A DNA stretch of 64,000 nt from Octopus vulgaris. Lineage: Eukaryota. The notes beneath the pieces are model-generated. The model was not told the origin of the DNA. It did not search any database and was given only the letters and a program-made list of their open reading frames with translations. The translations under genes were made by a program, and so were the position numbers. Location: assembly GCA_951406725.2 (NCBI GenBank), contig OX597825.1:34348001-34412000 (forward strand). The letters run 5' to 3'. Shown piece after piece: positions 11,360 through 24,485 of the stretch; position 1 is the first letter of the stretch, and the number at the start of each line of letters is the position of its first letter.

Positions 11360-12650
11360 TTATTCACCAAAAGTGAATGATATTGATTTAAGACGATGAT
11401 GATGAAAATAATGAAGGTAATGTCTGCACAGCAAAAAAGATTTAAAGCTCTTCAGGTGATGCCTCTTCTTCGGGTGTATTAGGAGAAGTCGTATTTCTGT
11501 GCGAGGTTTTCTTTGTGGGCTTGAACATTGTGATGGGAATTTGCTGTTGTTTCTTCTTAGTAGAGTTTTATATGTCTGTATGGCAGCATCGACGGTATTT
11601 TTAAACTGGAGAGAGCAAACCATATAGGGATCCCATGTTTTCGCCTTCCCTTGCAATTCCTTTGCTGTCCTTAAAAGGTCGGACTGACATTCGATTACCA
11701 GGCCTTTCTCATCCTCCTCTTCCTTTGCATCTAGCACTTCGTTCCCCTCTTTGCTGGCAGACTTCGTTAACTCCAATAAATCTTCGTCTGTCAGAGTTTC
11801 AGAGTGGACATCGATGAGGTCGTTGACCTCATCTTGCGTGATACCAAAACCATCGCAAGATTAATCGCATTGTTGACAGCCCCATGCTGAATATCTTCAG
11901 GTGAGAAGCCCTCATAGTCTTGAACCACTCTGGTCACACCTCCCAGCATGCGATGAGTGACCACCAGCATTATCTATAACAAGCAACACCTTGAATTCCA
12001 TGCATCACTTGGCTTGAGTGATGAAGCATTGGTGGAACCAATTCAAAGTTAGACTTTTGGTAATCTAGGCCTTGGGTTGTGCATCCAGTGGACAGGCAGC
12101 AGATTTTTATTCTAATTTTTGAAAGCTCTCGGGTTCGCAAACTTGTAGGTAAGTCCTGGTTTCATCATGAATCCAACAGCATTGCCACACTTAAATAGCC
12201 TCACTCTGTCCTTCTGTGCCTTAAATACTCGGACTCTGGCTTCGTCCCTCATGATGTACTTTCTGGAAGGTATCTTCTTCCAGAACAAGCTAGTTTCGTC
12301 CATAATGAAAACCTGTTCCAGCTTGTATCCCTTGTCTTCGATGATATGCCTGAAGGTCTCGAGGTACTTCTTCGTCGCTTCTTTGTCGGCTGATACTGTC
12401 TCTCCAAGCAAGGAAACTCACCTTATTTTAAACCGTTTCTGGAAATGGTAAAACCATCCCTTGCTGGTTTGAAAATCTTCGGGGTCCGGTGCTGTCAATG
12501 ATCTTGGTTCTGGTTCTTTGGTGCCTTCTGCTTCATTTCCTCTGTCAAACCACTGGTGTAAATTCCACGCTTTCTCACGGATGATGTTACCACTCAAGGG
12601 ATGTTATTTTCCCCCTGCAGTCACTGATCCACAATGCCATGGCAGACTCT
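11360..12650 (-). mobile_element. Decayed Tigger/pogo transposase
   Basis: FQTSKGWF (CENP-B HTH), GETVSADKEA, QVFIMDETSLFWKK, KDRVRLFKCGNA, NPRAFK. Confidence 0.88.
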
Positions 12651-12659
12651 ATTTATCAA

Positions 12660-13437
12660 CGTAAAATTACTTCCAGTTCAGACGTCTTTTTTTAAATAGG
12701 TAGTTCTTCCTCTCAGTTGTCCAAAAGAATATCTAATCATTACTCTACATTTAGACATATCAACAAATATAACAATACTGGGCTTAGTAAATTAATTTGG
12801 TCTCTAAAAGAACATAATAAACAATTTGATTTGGATTGGAATATTCTATCTAAATCATTTCCATATGATAAAGGTAAATCTTTTTGCACGCTCTGTAACG
12901 ATGAACTTTATTTCATCCTGTTCTCAGAAAATCCACTTGTTAACACGTTTAAAGAATGCATTTATAATTGCAAACATAAGCAAAATATACCTATAGTTCA
13001 TATAAGTGATTTCTATCAATCTGTGAAATTCGACCTTTAACTGTCTTCTTACATTTCACTCCCACTAAATATATCTATTCCCATACCTTTAACCTTTATT
13101 CCTATTCACCTATCACACTATATTTCTCCACTTTCAATTTTCTGCTAATTTCTTTCTTCCTCCGCCTCCTCTTTCTATAAATTGCCTTTGACATAATATA
13201 TACTAATGTTTGTTTTTTTAAAGTAGCGTACTAGCATTCCCTTCATCATATATGCAGTAATCACATTCGGTTAAAATGTCTTATTGATGTGTTTTGCTTC
13301 TCTTTCTTTCCCTGATGAGAAGTTTGCATTGTTTTTCATCATTTTAATCCTTCTGGAATAATACCAATGTTTTCTTCGAAACATATGTTGGAAGTATAAA
13401 TATTTGAATAACACCTGCATTTAACTCCATTTATTTA

Positions 13438-13440
<3 letters not shown>
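12660..13440 (+). mobile_element. Penelope-like element 3' fragment (GIY-YIG endonuclease C-terminus + tail with hammerhead)
   Basis: KRISNHYSTFRH...TGLSKLIWSLK...WNIL...CTLCNDE...CKHK; hammerhead at 13307-13394. Confidence 0.82.
13307..13394 (+). ncRNA. Minimal type-I hammerhead ribozyme motif
   Basis: TTTCC-CTGATGA-GAAG...CTTC-GAAA-CATATG-TT-GGAAG; intact core, palindromic stem III. Confidence 0.75.
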
Positions 13441-13489
<49 letters not shown>

Positions 13490-13569
13490 CATACATACAT
13501 ATATATATATGTGTGTGTGCGTGTGTGTGTGTGTATAGGCATAGCTGTGCGGTAAGAAGCTTGCGTATG

Positions 13570-14430
13570 ATGCCTGCTTCTGTTTAAGTTGGCCAGTCCA
13601 GTCACCATTGGGTTGCATAAGATAACTGTATGCTCAGAGTACCTACAGAGTAGTTCTCCAACTCTGACGATGTTGTTGCTCTCTCTTTTGAGTATGCATG
13701 GAATGTACTCATTTCTTTCTTTAAGGTTCAGCAGGTGTTCTCTGAGTGATACAATGCAAATTCCAAAGGTTGTTTGGACTAACCCTATGCCTCTACCATC
13801 ATCATTTCACCTTACATATATCTTATTGGTGTTGCTGTTAATGTGGAAGTTGCCAATAGTGGTCAGTACCTTTCTGGCTTTGATGTCCAAACTGCATATC
13901 TCATCAAATGTCCGATCCAATATCTCAAATGTTGTTATTAGCAGAAGCATTGTGAGATATGGTCTTGTTAAATGCAGACAGCCCTGACTTCCATATTTTC
14001 CAGAGTCTACAGAAATACTCTGTTGTTTTCCTGGCTTTAGTCACAAAACCAACTTATGCAACATTCTCATAATTCCAAGGTACTTGTAGCTTTCATCATT
14101 AGAGAATATCAACGAGCCATTGATGTTCATGTTCTTTGTCTGGTCGACAATCTTTCCCCTATTGACTATCACGTATAAGCATTTCTCTTGCTTAAACTCC
14201 ATTCCAAAATTTTCGTGTAGTTCTAACTATCTCTTGATGCTGATCATATTACACTTTAGGTCATCAACAAAAATGTGTGGATGACATTAACTTTTTTCTT
14301 TCCTGCATATCCCAACATGTAGCCCTCGCATTTTGTGAACAGGGCCAACAATGGATTCACTGCAAATACAAAAAGTATTACAGATGAAAAAAAAATATCA
14401 CACTGGAATATGTCTTTTGATAGCTTAACT
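13570..14430 (-). mobile_element. Decayed R4/Dong-like LINE RT fragment
   Basis: FVDDLK, YKYLGI, WKSGLSAFNK, LDIKARKVLT..GNFH, GRGIG on the minus strand; many lesions. Confidence 0.7.
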
Positions 14431-14544
14431 CTGTAACACCAGGGGTTGCTTTAGCAGCTGTTAGTGATAACTGTGTGGAGCATATTGTGGTCAGTCTTTC
14501 AGTGGCATTCACTGTAGCAGCTGGTACCATAGCAAGGTGTAGTG

Positions 14545-14556
14545 ATGTATGTATAC

Positions 14557-14587
<31 letters not shown>

Positions 14588-14820
14588 TGTATGTATGTAT
14601 GTATGTATGTATGTATGTATGTATGTATGTATGTATGTATGTATGCATGTGTGTATGTATGTATATCTGTCTATCTATGTATGAGTGTGTGTTTGTGTTC
14701 GTGTGTATGCATGTGTTTGTATGTATATGTATGTGTATTAGTGTGTGTTTGTGTGTGAGAGAGAGAGAGAGAGAGAGTAAGAGAGGAAGAAAGAGGGAAT
14801 GGGAGGGAGAGAGAGATGAC
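14545..14820. repeat. (TATG)n, (TG)n, (GA)n compound microsatellite
   Basis: Directly visible. Confidence 0.95.
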
Positions 14821-14881
14821 TGTGTTCCACATTAAAAGGAGATATCTTTGTATCCTTATATTTATGTACCTGTTTCATTAC

Positions 14882-14939
14882 CTCGATTGAAAGTAGTGTG
14901 AGAAAATAGTCAAAGAGCTCAATACTAATATGTTATTAC
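14882..14939 (-). other. Exon-like segment downstream of the PLAT-like exon (frame unresolved)
   Basis: ttcctgttttcaattcag acceptor and gtaatg donor. Phase-0 joining gives VITY*; another frame reads NNILVLSSLTIFSHYFQS. Confidence 0.3.
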
Positions 14940-15117
14940 CTGAATTGAAAACAGGAACTTTTAAGTAACATGATAATGCAGCAAAATCACGCACATTCAC
15001 ACACACACGCGCGCATTACGCACACACATGCACACACACAGCCACACTTATATGTACACACAGCCACATACACACAAACACATAGATTAAAAATGAGAAT
15101 TCTATCCAGATACTTAC

Positions 15118-15374
15118 ACTTTCCAATGTCCAAGCAGATACTATTTCCCTAAAGATATTTTTTACTGTTTCATTTAATTTTAATTTTTTTACTGGATCAA
15201 TTCGTGGAGTGCAAAAATCAAAGCTTGGTTGAGATCCCCTTCTACATTTATTTGCACAAGACATTTTATTTGAGAAAACACGTGTTTCATCATTGATTAA
15301 TTGAACAGTGATATAATTTGAGGTTCCAGACAAAAATTTGCTTGAAATATAAAATTTGATTCTCCAGCAGTAAT
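15118..15374 (-). CDS. Putative PLAT/LH2-like domain exon (257 nt): YCWRIKFYISSKFLSGTSNYITVQLINDETRVFSNKMSCANKCRRGSQPSFDFCTPRIDPVKKLKLNETVKNIFREIVSAWTLES
   Basis: gtttcgtttcag acceptor, gtaagt donor, fully open and non-repetitive. Spacing of SGT..ITVQL, RG...F.F, ID.VKKLKL and W.LESV follows the PLAT pattern (AGT..V.I.L, ERG..D.F, LG.L..I.I, W.L..V). Four Cys and an NET sequon. Confidence 0.65.
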
Positions 15375-15454
15375 CTGAAACGAAACACCATGAGATAATG
15401 TTTATTACATAGATTGACTGTTTGTAATAATACTGTTTGTATACATTTTATATT

Positions 15455-15905
15455 TCACTTCTTTCAATCATTGAACTACGGCCATGCTGGGGCACCACCT
15501 CGAAGGATTTTAGTCGAACGAATCGACTCCAGTACTTATTGTTTAAAACCTGGTACTTATTATATCAATTTCTTTTGCCAAACTGCTACATGACAGGAAC
15601 GTGAACAAACCAATACTGGTGGCTGAGTAGTGATGGTAGGGCAAACACAAACACAAAGACACACACACACACATACATGCATGCATGCACACACACACAC
15701 ACACATACATATAGGATAAGCTTCTTTGAGATTTTGTCTGTTAAATCTACTCACAAAGCTTTGGTTGCTCTGGGGCTATGGCAAAAGGTATTTGCCCTAA
15801 GTGTCAAACTGTAGGATTGAACGAGGAGCACATTGGACAAGTGTCTTCTGTTATAACCCCAAATTGACGAAAGCATTGTGAGTGGATTTGGTAGAGAGAA
15901 CCTGA
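15455..15905. mobile_element. CORE-like SINE copy (minus) with adjoining inverted fragment (about 15830-15905, plus)
   Basis: Matches the SINE body and tail at 1-600. Confidence 0.75.
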
Positions 15906-17513
15906 AAATAGCTCATTGTATATTTGTACGAATCTCCATTGACAATCTATTGGTGTCAAATAAAGTGTTAAATACCTACAGCTTACAAATGAATAGCTCC
16001 AGTTCTCTGAAGCTACTGGATCTGTTGTGTATAAAAACAGATTGTCTACTCATTTCTCTTGGATTGGTCAAGTGATGTAGACACTTGTGTCAGGAACCCA
16101 ATAAGTTTCAAAAATGGATTAAAGCTGTTTGTCATTCTTTTTCAATCTCCGAAATATGGATAAATTAACACTGTTTATATGTATATTACGTAGGTTACAC
16201 CCCCATCACATACATAGTTATACGTCTGAATGGACAAAAGTAGGAAAGAGTTATTCAACACATTTCCTAGGAGTACATATATTGGTATTTAATAACACTC
16301 TGATTCAGCTCAACACAACTTAAAGTTTCGAAGGCGCTTCACGCGAACCTATCTCTTCAGGTTTAGGCGACTGAATGGAGAGATGGAAGAAATGCAACAT
16401 GATTACTGAAGATTGGGCACATATTGGTCAAGGTGGGTCACATGGTGTTCTCGCCATAAGTACCAAACAATTAGTAACATCAAATACATCAACTAGAAGC
16501 CTCAATTCCGTATTTCTTGGACGACATAGTTGGATAGAATGTTTGTGGCACGTCGGTGGGTGATGTGGGTGAGAATCTTAAGTGAAACGAAGTGGTGGTA
16601 CACTTGCACTCGTGCATGTGTGTTGGAGTATACCTGCTTTATGAGTGCGTGAGTTTATGCATTTGGTGCATATGTAAATGTGTGTGTGGCGAGTATGTCT
16701 GCTGCATTAGTGTGAGTGTACACATTTCATGCGTATGTGTGTGTGAGTGCATGCATGTGTGCGTTTGAGCATTTTTTGTGTATGTTCTAGTACGAGCATA
16801 CATGAGATCAGCGTGTGAGCATGTGTGTGTACGGATGTAAAGGCGCATTTTGTTAGGTGACATGTAATGGTAACAGCAGCTATACGTGACTAGGTCTGAC
16901 CTGGGATTAAGATTCGATGATAGTTGGGGAAAGGGAAATGGTAAGGAAAGAAAGGAAAGCGTGTGTGTGTGTGTGTAGGCATGTACTTGCATACACATGC
17001 AAAAACAATCGTGGGAGATTACAGAAAATACATAGGGTTGGAAAGTTAGTCTATGGTCTGAGCAGGTAGCAGAGTTTAAGTACCCAGTGCTAAATTATGG
17101 GGCAGCCAGTACTAAGTTGGTATACTCGGGTCGTCAGCTTAAAGTTCCCTATGAGGGCACACCTCTAATGGCTGCAATGAGATAATTTGTTTTTCCTGTT
17201 GTGGATACTGAAGGTTCATGGAGAATACGTAAATTTCATAGAGACAGAGCTGGGGCTCTTTCATGATAGTGCATTCAGGTAGGTGGTAAGTCTCCAGTTG
17301 AAGCCAGGTAAGGAGGGGTTTTTTTTCTATCTCTGCATCTGACGGAATGCATATACTGTGTATACCTTCTCTTGAAGTCATAGGTCATCATGTCCATGTT
17401 TTGCTTGCAGTGCCATTGAATAGTGTGAAGAAGGCTCATTAGCCCAGAGTCCTTGAGAGCCATATATATTCGTATATATATGTGGGGGGGGTGGATGGTT
17501 GGATGGATGGATG

Positions 17514-17559
<46 letters not shown>

Positions 17560-17779
17560 GGCATATATATATATGTTCACATGCATGTTGAGTCGTGATT
17601 GTTTTGTATTATGATAATATTTTGGTGGGTCTACAAATGTTTGTAAGCACCCATCACCTCTCCATGCATTGAGTCCCACACTAAGTTTAGCCTACTAGCA
17701 GACACAATTATCAAGTTGTGGCCAACTATGGTCTCAGCAACAATAGTGAGAGTCAGATGAGAACCAATGTACCAGTTCA

Positions 17780-18150
17780 TACCTAATGATGCTGCTACCA
17801 AAAACCAAGGTATTCTTCCTACTTGAGTGCTTCAGGTGGCTGCTGTGCATCCTGTACAGAGAACACAAGACAAACAACTTTGTCAGGTAGCAAGTCAATG
17901 GATATGCTGGCAGATTGGATCCTCTCCTTGTGCAGGTAAAAAAGTCAAAGCTTGTCTGGTTCAGCCATGCATCCTGCCACAACTCCCTGTCCAAAACCAC
18001 TTTTCAGAGCACAATTGAGGAAGGATGAAAAAGAAGTAGAGATAGAAAATTCTGACCTGACAGCTTCAAGAACTGGGCAGGTTACAATTCATGACCCTGC
18101 CAAGAATAACTGAGGAGATGGAGCAGTGGGAACAGCTGACTACATTCACT
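17780..18150 (+). mobile_element. Old RTE LINE 3' fragment
   Basis: CFRWLLCILYREHKTNNFVR...VKKSKLVWFSH..HNSLSKT. Confidence 0.65.
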
Positions 18151-18169
18151 TCAGAATCACTTCAGCACT

Positions 18170-18216
18170 TTGTATGTACATACATGCATGCATCCATCCA
18201 TCCTTACAAGCATACA

Positions 18217-18306
<90 letters not shown>

Positions 18307-18442
18307 TACATACATACATACATATATATATACATACATACATACATACACAAACACACACACATACATACATACACACACACTCATACATACATACATA
18401 CATACATACACACACACACATATATGCATACATACATACATG
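18170..18442. repeat. (CA)n/(TACA)n microsatellite
   Basis: Directly visible; a similar tract lies at 20700-20972. Confidence 0.95.
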
Positions 18443-20700
18443 ATGGCCGTCCACTCGTGACCGAGGAAGACCATTGCCGACCTTCAGGAACATTGTGCGC
18501 TCTAGGACTAACTTATATTTTGCATTTGCGGCTCCGTTGGTGGCTAATGAGCCCTGCTCTTGACAAGCATACACGACTGCAAACATTGCAGACCAAGCTT
18601 TCCCCATTCACTATACGAGCCGTGCGCTTTCGTGCAGCTCACTTAAGTTCTTCATGCTGGATACATGCTCTCTCAAAGGTGTCGGTCCCCTCCTTAACCT
18701 GCTTCCTTCATCTGTGGCGATGACAGGCATTGTTCTCCCAGTCAGTGTCCTGCATATCAAAGGCCTTTAACGAGGACTTTACACAGTCCTTAAATCACAG
18801 CCCTGGTTTCTGTCGGAGTCTCCTTCCATTCACAAGTTCTCCATAGAGCATCTGCTTAGGAATCCTTCTATCCTCCATTCTAATAAGGTGTCCAGTCCAA
18901 CGCAACCTGTGTTTGTGTACCACCGCCTCAATACTCAAGATATCAGCTGTCCTCAGGATCTGTGTGTTTGGAATTTTTGAGGTCCAGCCAACATTGAGAA
19001 TGTGTCTGAGACATCTCTGACGAAAACGTTCAAGGACCCTGACCTGACGTTTGTATAGAGTCCATGTCTCACATGAGTAGAGAAGCGATGTCAGTGCACA
19101 AGCACTGTACACAGCAACTTTTGTTCTCCTTGCGATGCCATGTTGGGACCAGACACGAGACTGAAGAGACCGGAAGGAATTAGTTGCTCTCTGCAACCTG
19201 AAAGATATTTCCTCATCCAGGGAGCAAGAACGGCTGAGTGTGCTGCCCAGGTAGACAAACTTGTCTACTACCTTCAGAATTGTTCCTTCAACCAAGATAG
19301 CTGGTTCTATATATGGATTTCCTGGTGCAGGCTGGAACATTACAACAGTCTTGTCCAGGCTGATGCTGAGTCCAAATACCCTGCAAGAAGCAGAAATACA
19401 ATTCATGAGTATTTGCATGTCATCCACTGTATGAGTGACTAAGTCACAGTCATCTGCATAAAGGAGGTGACGAATAATAGACTGGGAAACCTTTGAATTG
19501 GCAGCAAATCGGCGAAGATTAAAGAGGCGGCCAGAAGATCGATATATGACATATATTCCCAGAGAGCTAAGCTTAGCAAAAGCATGAGTAAAAGTAGCAG
19601 CAAAGTACAAAGAAAAGAGAGTTGGGGCAAGGATGTAACCCTGCTTAACACCATTCTCTACAGGAATGGGTCCTGCCATGGCACCACCAACATTGACCCA
19701 AGCCTCCATTCCATCATGAAATGATTTAATTATTGATACAAAGTGATCTGGACATCCAAGTTTGCCAAGTATTTTCCATAGAAAGGCCCTATTTACAGTA
19801 TCAAAGGCGTTAGTTAAATCAATGAATACCTGGACAAGATCCATATTCTGCTCATAGCACTTCTCCTGCATCTGTCTTGCTGTGAAAATCATATCCATTG
19901 TCACTCTACCAGATCAGAAGCCACATTGAGATTCAGATAGGACATCATTTATGAGACACCCATTCAGACGGGTAAGAAGAATATTTGCCAGAACCTTGCC
20001 AGCAGCTGATAGTAGAGCAATACCTCTGTAGTTACCACACATTGTTCTGGCTCCTTTTCCTTTATAAAGAGGAAGAATAATTGCATCCTTCCAGTCCTTA
20101 GGGATTGCACCATCCCTCCAGACTGCACTAATAAGTTCATGAAGGGACTGTGTGATGCAATTACCACCAAATCGCAAGACCTCAGCACAAATTCCATCCT
20201 TTCCAGGTGCCCTACCAAGATTCAAGTTACTTATTGATGTCATTACTTTATGTATTGATGGCAAGGAGTCTAAGGAGTCAATGATAGGTCTTTGTTTCAT
20301 AGTATCAATCACTGTTTCATCCACAACTGACTCATGGTTTAGGAGTTCAGAGAAGTGTTCGATCCAGCGACCTGTGATTTCTGTTGATTTAGTAAACATA
20401 GTGGAAGACTCTTTGGAAAGCAAAGGAGCTGATGTGGAGCTCTTAGGTCCATAAGCTCGCTTCATAAGATGGTAAAGCTTCTTGCTGTCATTTGCATCAG
20501 CAGCAGCCTGAGCATCACGAGCAAGATCCTCCCACCAAGTGTTCTGCATCTTCCTGAGAGATCGCTGCAGTAGTGATTTTACACTGTTATAGTGGGCAAG
20601 TGCTAGACTTCGCTGCACAGTAGACAGTTCACTGTGCAGCAACACACTGTGGGCATGGCGCTTCACCACTAATAGTCGTTGAATTTCAGCATCATTCTCA
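18441..20700 (-). mobile_element. 5'-truncated RTE (BovB-like) LINE, single reading frame broken only by nonsense codons
   Basis: NYRGIALLS, ESQCGF, FIDLTNAFD, GVKQGYILAPTLF, LLYADD, FVYLGS, YSCETW, C-terminal CxxC...H zinc finger; stop at 18513. Confidence 0.96.
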
Positions 20701-20745
20701 TACATACATACATACACACACACATACACACACACATACATACAT

Positions 20746-20785
<40 letters not shown>

Positions 20786-21089
20786 ACACACACACATACA
20801 TACATACATACATACACACACACACATACACACACACATACATACATACATACATACATACATACCTACATACATATATACATACATACATACCTACATA
20901 CATACATACATACATACATACATACCTACATACATACATACATACATACCTACATACATACATACATACATATGCTTATTTATTGTTTTCTAAGCCTCAA
21001 GCAAATGATAGTATTATTCTGCTGGATTAGGTATTCAAATAGAGTTATGACTGGAAATAAAATTCATATTTCAATCTTAGATAAATAAG

Positions 21090-21301
21090 AAGGTGGCGAG
21101 CTGGCAGAAACGTTAGCACACCGGGCAAAATGCTTAGCAGTATTTCGTCTTTCTTTACATTTTGAGTTCAAATTCCACCTAGGTCAACTTTGCTTTTATC
21201 CTTTCGGGGTCAATAAATTAAGTACCAATAATGTACTGGGGTCGATCTAATCGACTGGCCCCCTCCCCAAAACTTCAGGTCATGTGCCTTGACTAGAAAA
21301 G
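21090..21301 (+). mobile_element. Meta-domain SINE with 17-bp TSD (1 mismatch)
   Basis: ctttgctttt.atcctttcggggtcaataaattaagtacc core; TSD aatct(t/a)agataaataag at 21073-21089 and 21302-21318. Confidence 0.88.
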
Positions 21302-22486
21302 AATCTAAGATAAATAAGGTATTAAATATTGATTAATTAATATTCTTTGGAGTTCTACTCTCGTAAAATCTTGACAAATCTAGTATTTTTCTTCAAAGTT
21401 GCCATAGGCACAATTTGATTCACAGCCATGATGTTAGTTTATTTACATATAATTCCTCCTGGTTGCTAAGTGAGGTGAACCATCTGTAGTACCCTAGTTG
21501 TACAATATTATCTAGTTGATATTAAAAGGATTTAATAAGCTACCAGAAAATATGCACACATGCACGTGAACACATAAACACATGCATACATGCACATACA
21601 CATGCATGCACACACGCACACACACAGATTTCATCATTATTATCATCATCTTTTAACATCCATCTTCCATGCTGGCAAGGGTTGGATGGTTTGAGAGAAT
21701 CTGATGTGTCAGAGGACCGCTTTCTGCTTCAAAGTCTGCTTTTGCATGTCTGAAGGCCCTTACTTCTCTCAACCACTTTCCAAAGTGCACTGGATGCTTT
21801 TTCATTGCACCAGAACCCATGCATTTGCCATGTGGACTACAAGACTAAGATCTTCATAGGCTGAATGGAACTACAGTAGAAAATGAGGCAGTTCTATACT
21901 AAGTAAGGAAACATTTGAGTACAACAGAGGGGATTGGAACAGGTTTCTTGCTGTTAAGGAGATACAAATCTGTTCACATTATACAAGAGTTAGAAGGTGG
22001 TAAGCAAAACAGAATTGTTTGCATGCAGGACAAAATGCTTATTGGTATTTTGGTTGTTTTTATGATCTGAGTTCAAATTTAGCAGAAGCAGACTTTATTT
22101 TTCAAGGGTCAATGAAATAAGTACTAGTTAAGCATTGAGGGCTGATGTAATAGATTTGCTCCAACCCCTAAAATTTCAGGCTCTGTGTCTTTGGTAGAAA
22201 GGACCATAGAAGAGTGGGTGAAAGTAATTAAGGTGGATCTAGAAAAAGAGATAAAAACAGTGGTAACAAGGTGTCAGGTTGGGCTCTGGAGTGAAAAGAT
22301 CAAGAAGAGTGGGCAGATAGCAACTGTGAGAGGGAGGTAGGGGGAGAAACAGACAGAGAGAGTTGGGATGCCTTTAATTCTTTTCTAAGACTGAATTAGA
22401 CAGCAGAAACGTTTCTAGAATACATGTGATACTGCTACATAACATTTGCTTTTTTTGATGTTCTATTCATTGAGATTAACCTTACT

Positions 22487-22709
22487 TTTCATTTGTTTGG
22501 GGCTGATAAGAGAAAATTTCTAGTCTAGATTAGGAGATGGCATAATTTTTTCAGAATTGGATGTTCTGCCTTGATGTATCTGTTGCAGCACTGTACATTC
22601 TACACTCAATTTGTACCTCATCACAGAAAAATGGTGATACTTTGGTCAGGATCTGTGACCAATAGATAGTAACTGCAATTTTGGGAAAAACAACGGAAAT
22701 GCAATTTCC
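22487..22709 (-). pseudogene. Possible decayed paralogous PLAT-like exon
   Basis: AG...gtaagg bounded. Frame-hopping translation NCISVVF..YWS/TDPDQSITIFL..GTN...VQCCNR weakly parallels exon 15374-15118; several stops. Confidence 0.25.
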
Positions 22710-22900
22710 TGAATTTGTTGTTACCATTTGTTTATTAATTTTTTGCTAAGACTGAAGTAGATGGTGATACAAGATTAAAGAAATGAATAACATTTGATTC
22801 AGTAGCACACTACAAATATTCTTAAAGCATATATTATTCTGATACGTACTTTTTGATATTGGTTCAGGCTGTAATTGTGAATTCAATATGATGGTCTTAC

Positions 22901-22915
22901 TCTGACCCACAGAAC
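22901..22915 (-). CDS. Putative 15-nt micro-exon (S)SVGQ
   Basis: ttattttcttttag | GTTCTGTGGGTCAGA | gtaaga; symmetric phase 1-1; supplies a small-residue signal peptidase site. Confidence 0.5.
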
Positions 22916-23039
22916 CTAAAAGAAAATAAGTGTCAGAAATTGGAGAAAAAACTTCAATTCATTTGATGAAAAATTAATATTAGTCCAAATATTTTCTGAA
23001 TATTAATCTTACCTTTCATATCAATGGCTGTTATTAACT

Positions 23040-24485
23040 ACTAATGTGCATGAAAGACTAGCAGCCCAATTCATTGAGTGTATCCAGAAAGGTGCAGGCC
23101 CTACATGGACGGTGAATGGGAGGACAACACTTATAATGAAAGATCGGAGAAAGGGGAATAGCATTCCTAAACATCATCTGCAAGATACTCACTGGAATAT
23201 GTGCAGCAGAGACATACGCTTTACTGGCATAGGAAGAAATACTACCAAGGAAACAAAAAGGATGTAGGAAGAGTTCTCAGGGTACCAAGGATCACCTGGT
23301 CATCAATAAAACAGTTTTGAGGCATTGTAAAAAACATCATACAAAGATGTCTATGGCTTGGATTTGACTTTAAGAAGGCATATGATATGATGCCTCCTCA
23401 TTCTTGGATCGTTGAACATCTGCTGGTGTTTGATGTTGTCAGCAACATCACAAATTTTCTGATGCATAGCATGAAAGACTGGAAAACCAAATTGTACTCA
23501 AGTAAAGTACTCCTTGGAGAAGTTACTAGTAAAAGAGTCATCTTCCAAGGTGACTTGTTATCTCTGTTACTATTTGTAATTGCACTAATACCCATAACAA
23601 TGGCACTTAGGAAAGTTAATATGGGTTACCAATGTGGGAAGAAAAGCCCATCATTGAATCATCTTCTGTTTATGGATGACCTGAAATTGTTTGGGAAATC
23701 TAAAAATACAGACAGATAACTAAACAAAAGTAGTCCAGGAGTGTGGTGGGGACATTGGTGTGGAATTTGGGATTACCAAATGCTCAGTACTTAATATGAA
23801 AAGTGGGAAGAAAGCAGCCTGCAGAGGGTTGTGGTAACCATCAGGAGAGATCATGAGTGAACCCAACGGTAGCGGGGATAGATATTTAGGGGTTTTGGAA
23901 CTGGATGACATTCTTGAAATGAGAATGCATAGACAGTTTGAATGGAATACACAGGACATTAAGGATAATAGAGCATCATGGGCATGTCTTGAGTGAGGCG
24001 ATTTGAAGCATATCACTGAAAACCTGATCATTGCTGCACAAGACCAGGCTCTCGCTACCAATTCAGTGAAGTATAACATCTATAAAACTTCTCACACACA
24101 GAAATGCAGATTCTGTGGAAAGAGTGTGGGAAATGGGACCCACTTGGTAAGTAGATGTGAGAGCCTTACACAAAAAGAATACAAGCGTCACCATGATAAA
24201 ATGTGTGCGTATTTTCATTGGCTCTTATGCCATAAATATCAATATGAAATAATGGAGAACTGGTCTCAGCATGTACCAAGTAAAGTTATGCAGGAGGATG
24301 GAAAAGTAACGATACTCTGGAACTATGATTTTCAGATGGATCATGTAATTGAACACCGTCTGTTGGATGTTGTCATATTGAATAAGAGAGACAAATACTG
24401 TCAGATCATTGATGTATCCAGGCCCATTGACATGAATGTTGTGAGTAAAGAGGTTGAAAAATCGCCAAATTCTCCAAACTGAAAG
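23040..24485 (+). mobile_element. Decayed R4/Dong LINE (RT, CCHC, RLE endonuclease), internally deleted
   Basis: GRTTLIMK, QKGCRK..GTKDHL, IFQGDLLS, LNHLLFMDDLKL, IIAAQDQAL, CRFC...HLVSRC, YKRHHD, ILW..DF..DHVI. Confidence 0.9.

Noticed and set aside
17040-17460. Higher-complexity non-coding block between microsatellites
   Set aside because: Probably a repeat fragment, but I could not identify termini, domains or structure
18795-20963. Active LINE or host gene from the two longest ORFs
   Set aside because: 5'-truncated (no endonuclease), nonsense codons, and the N-terminus of the ORF is microsatellite
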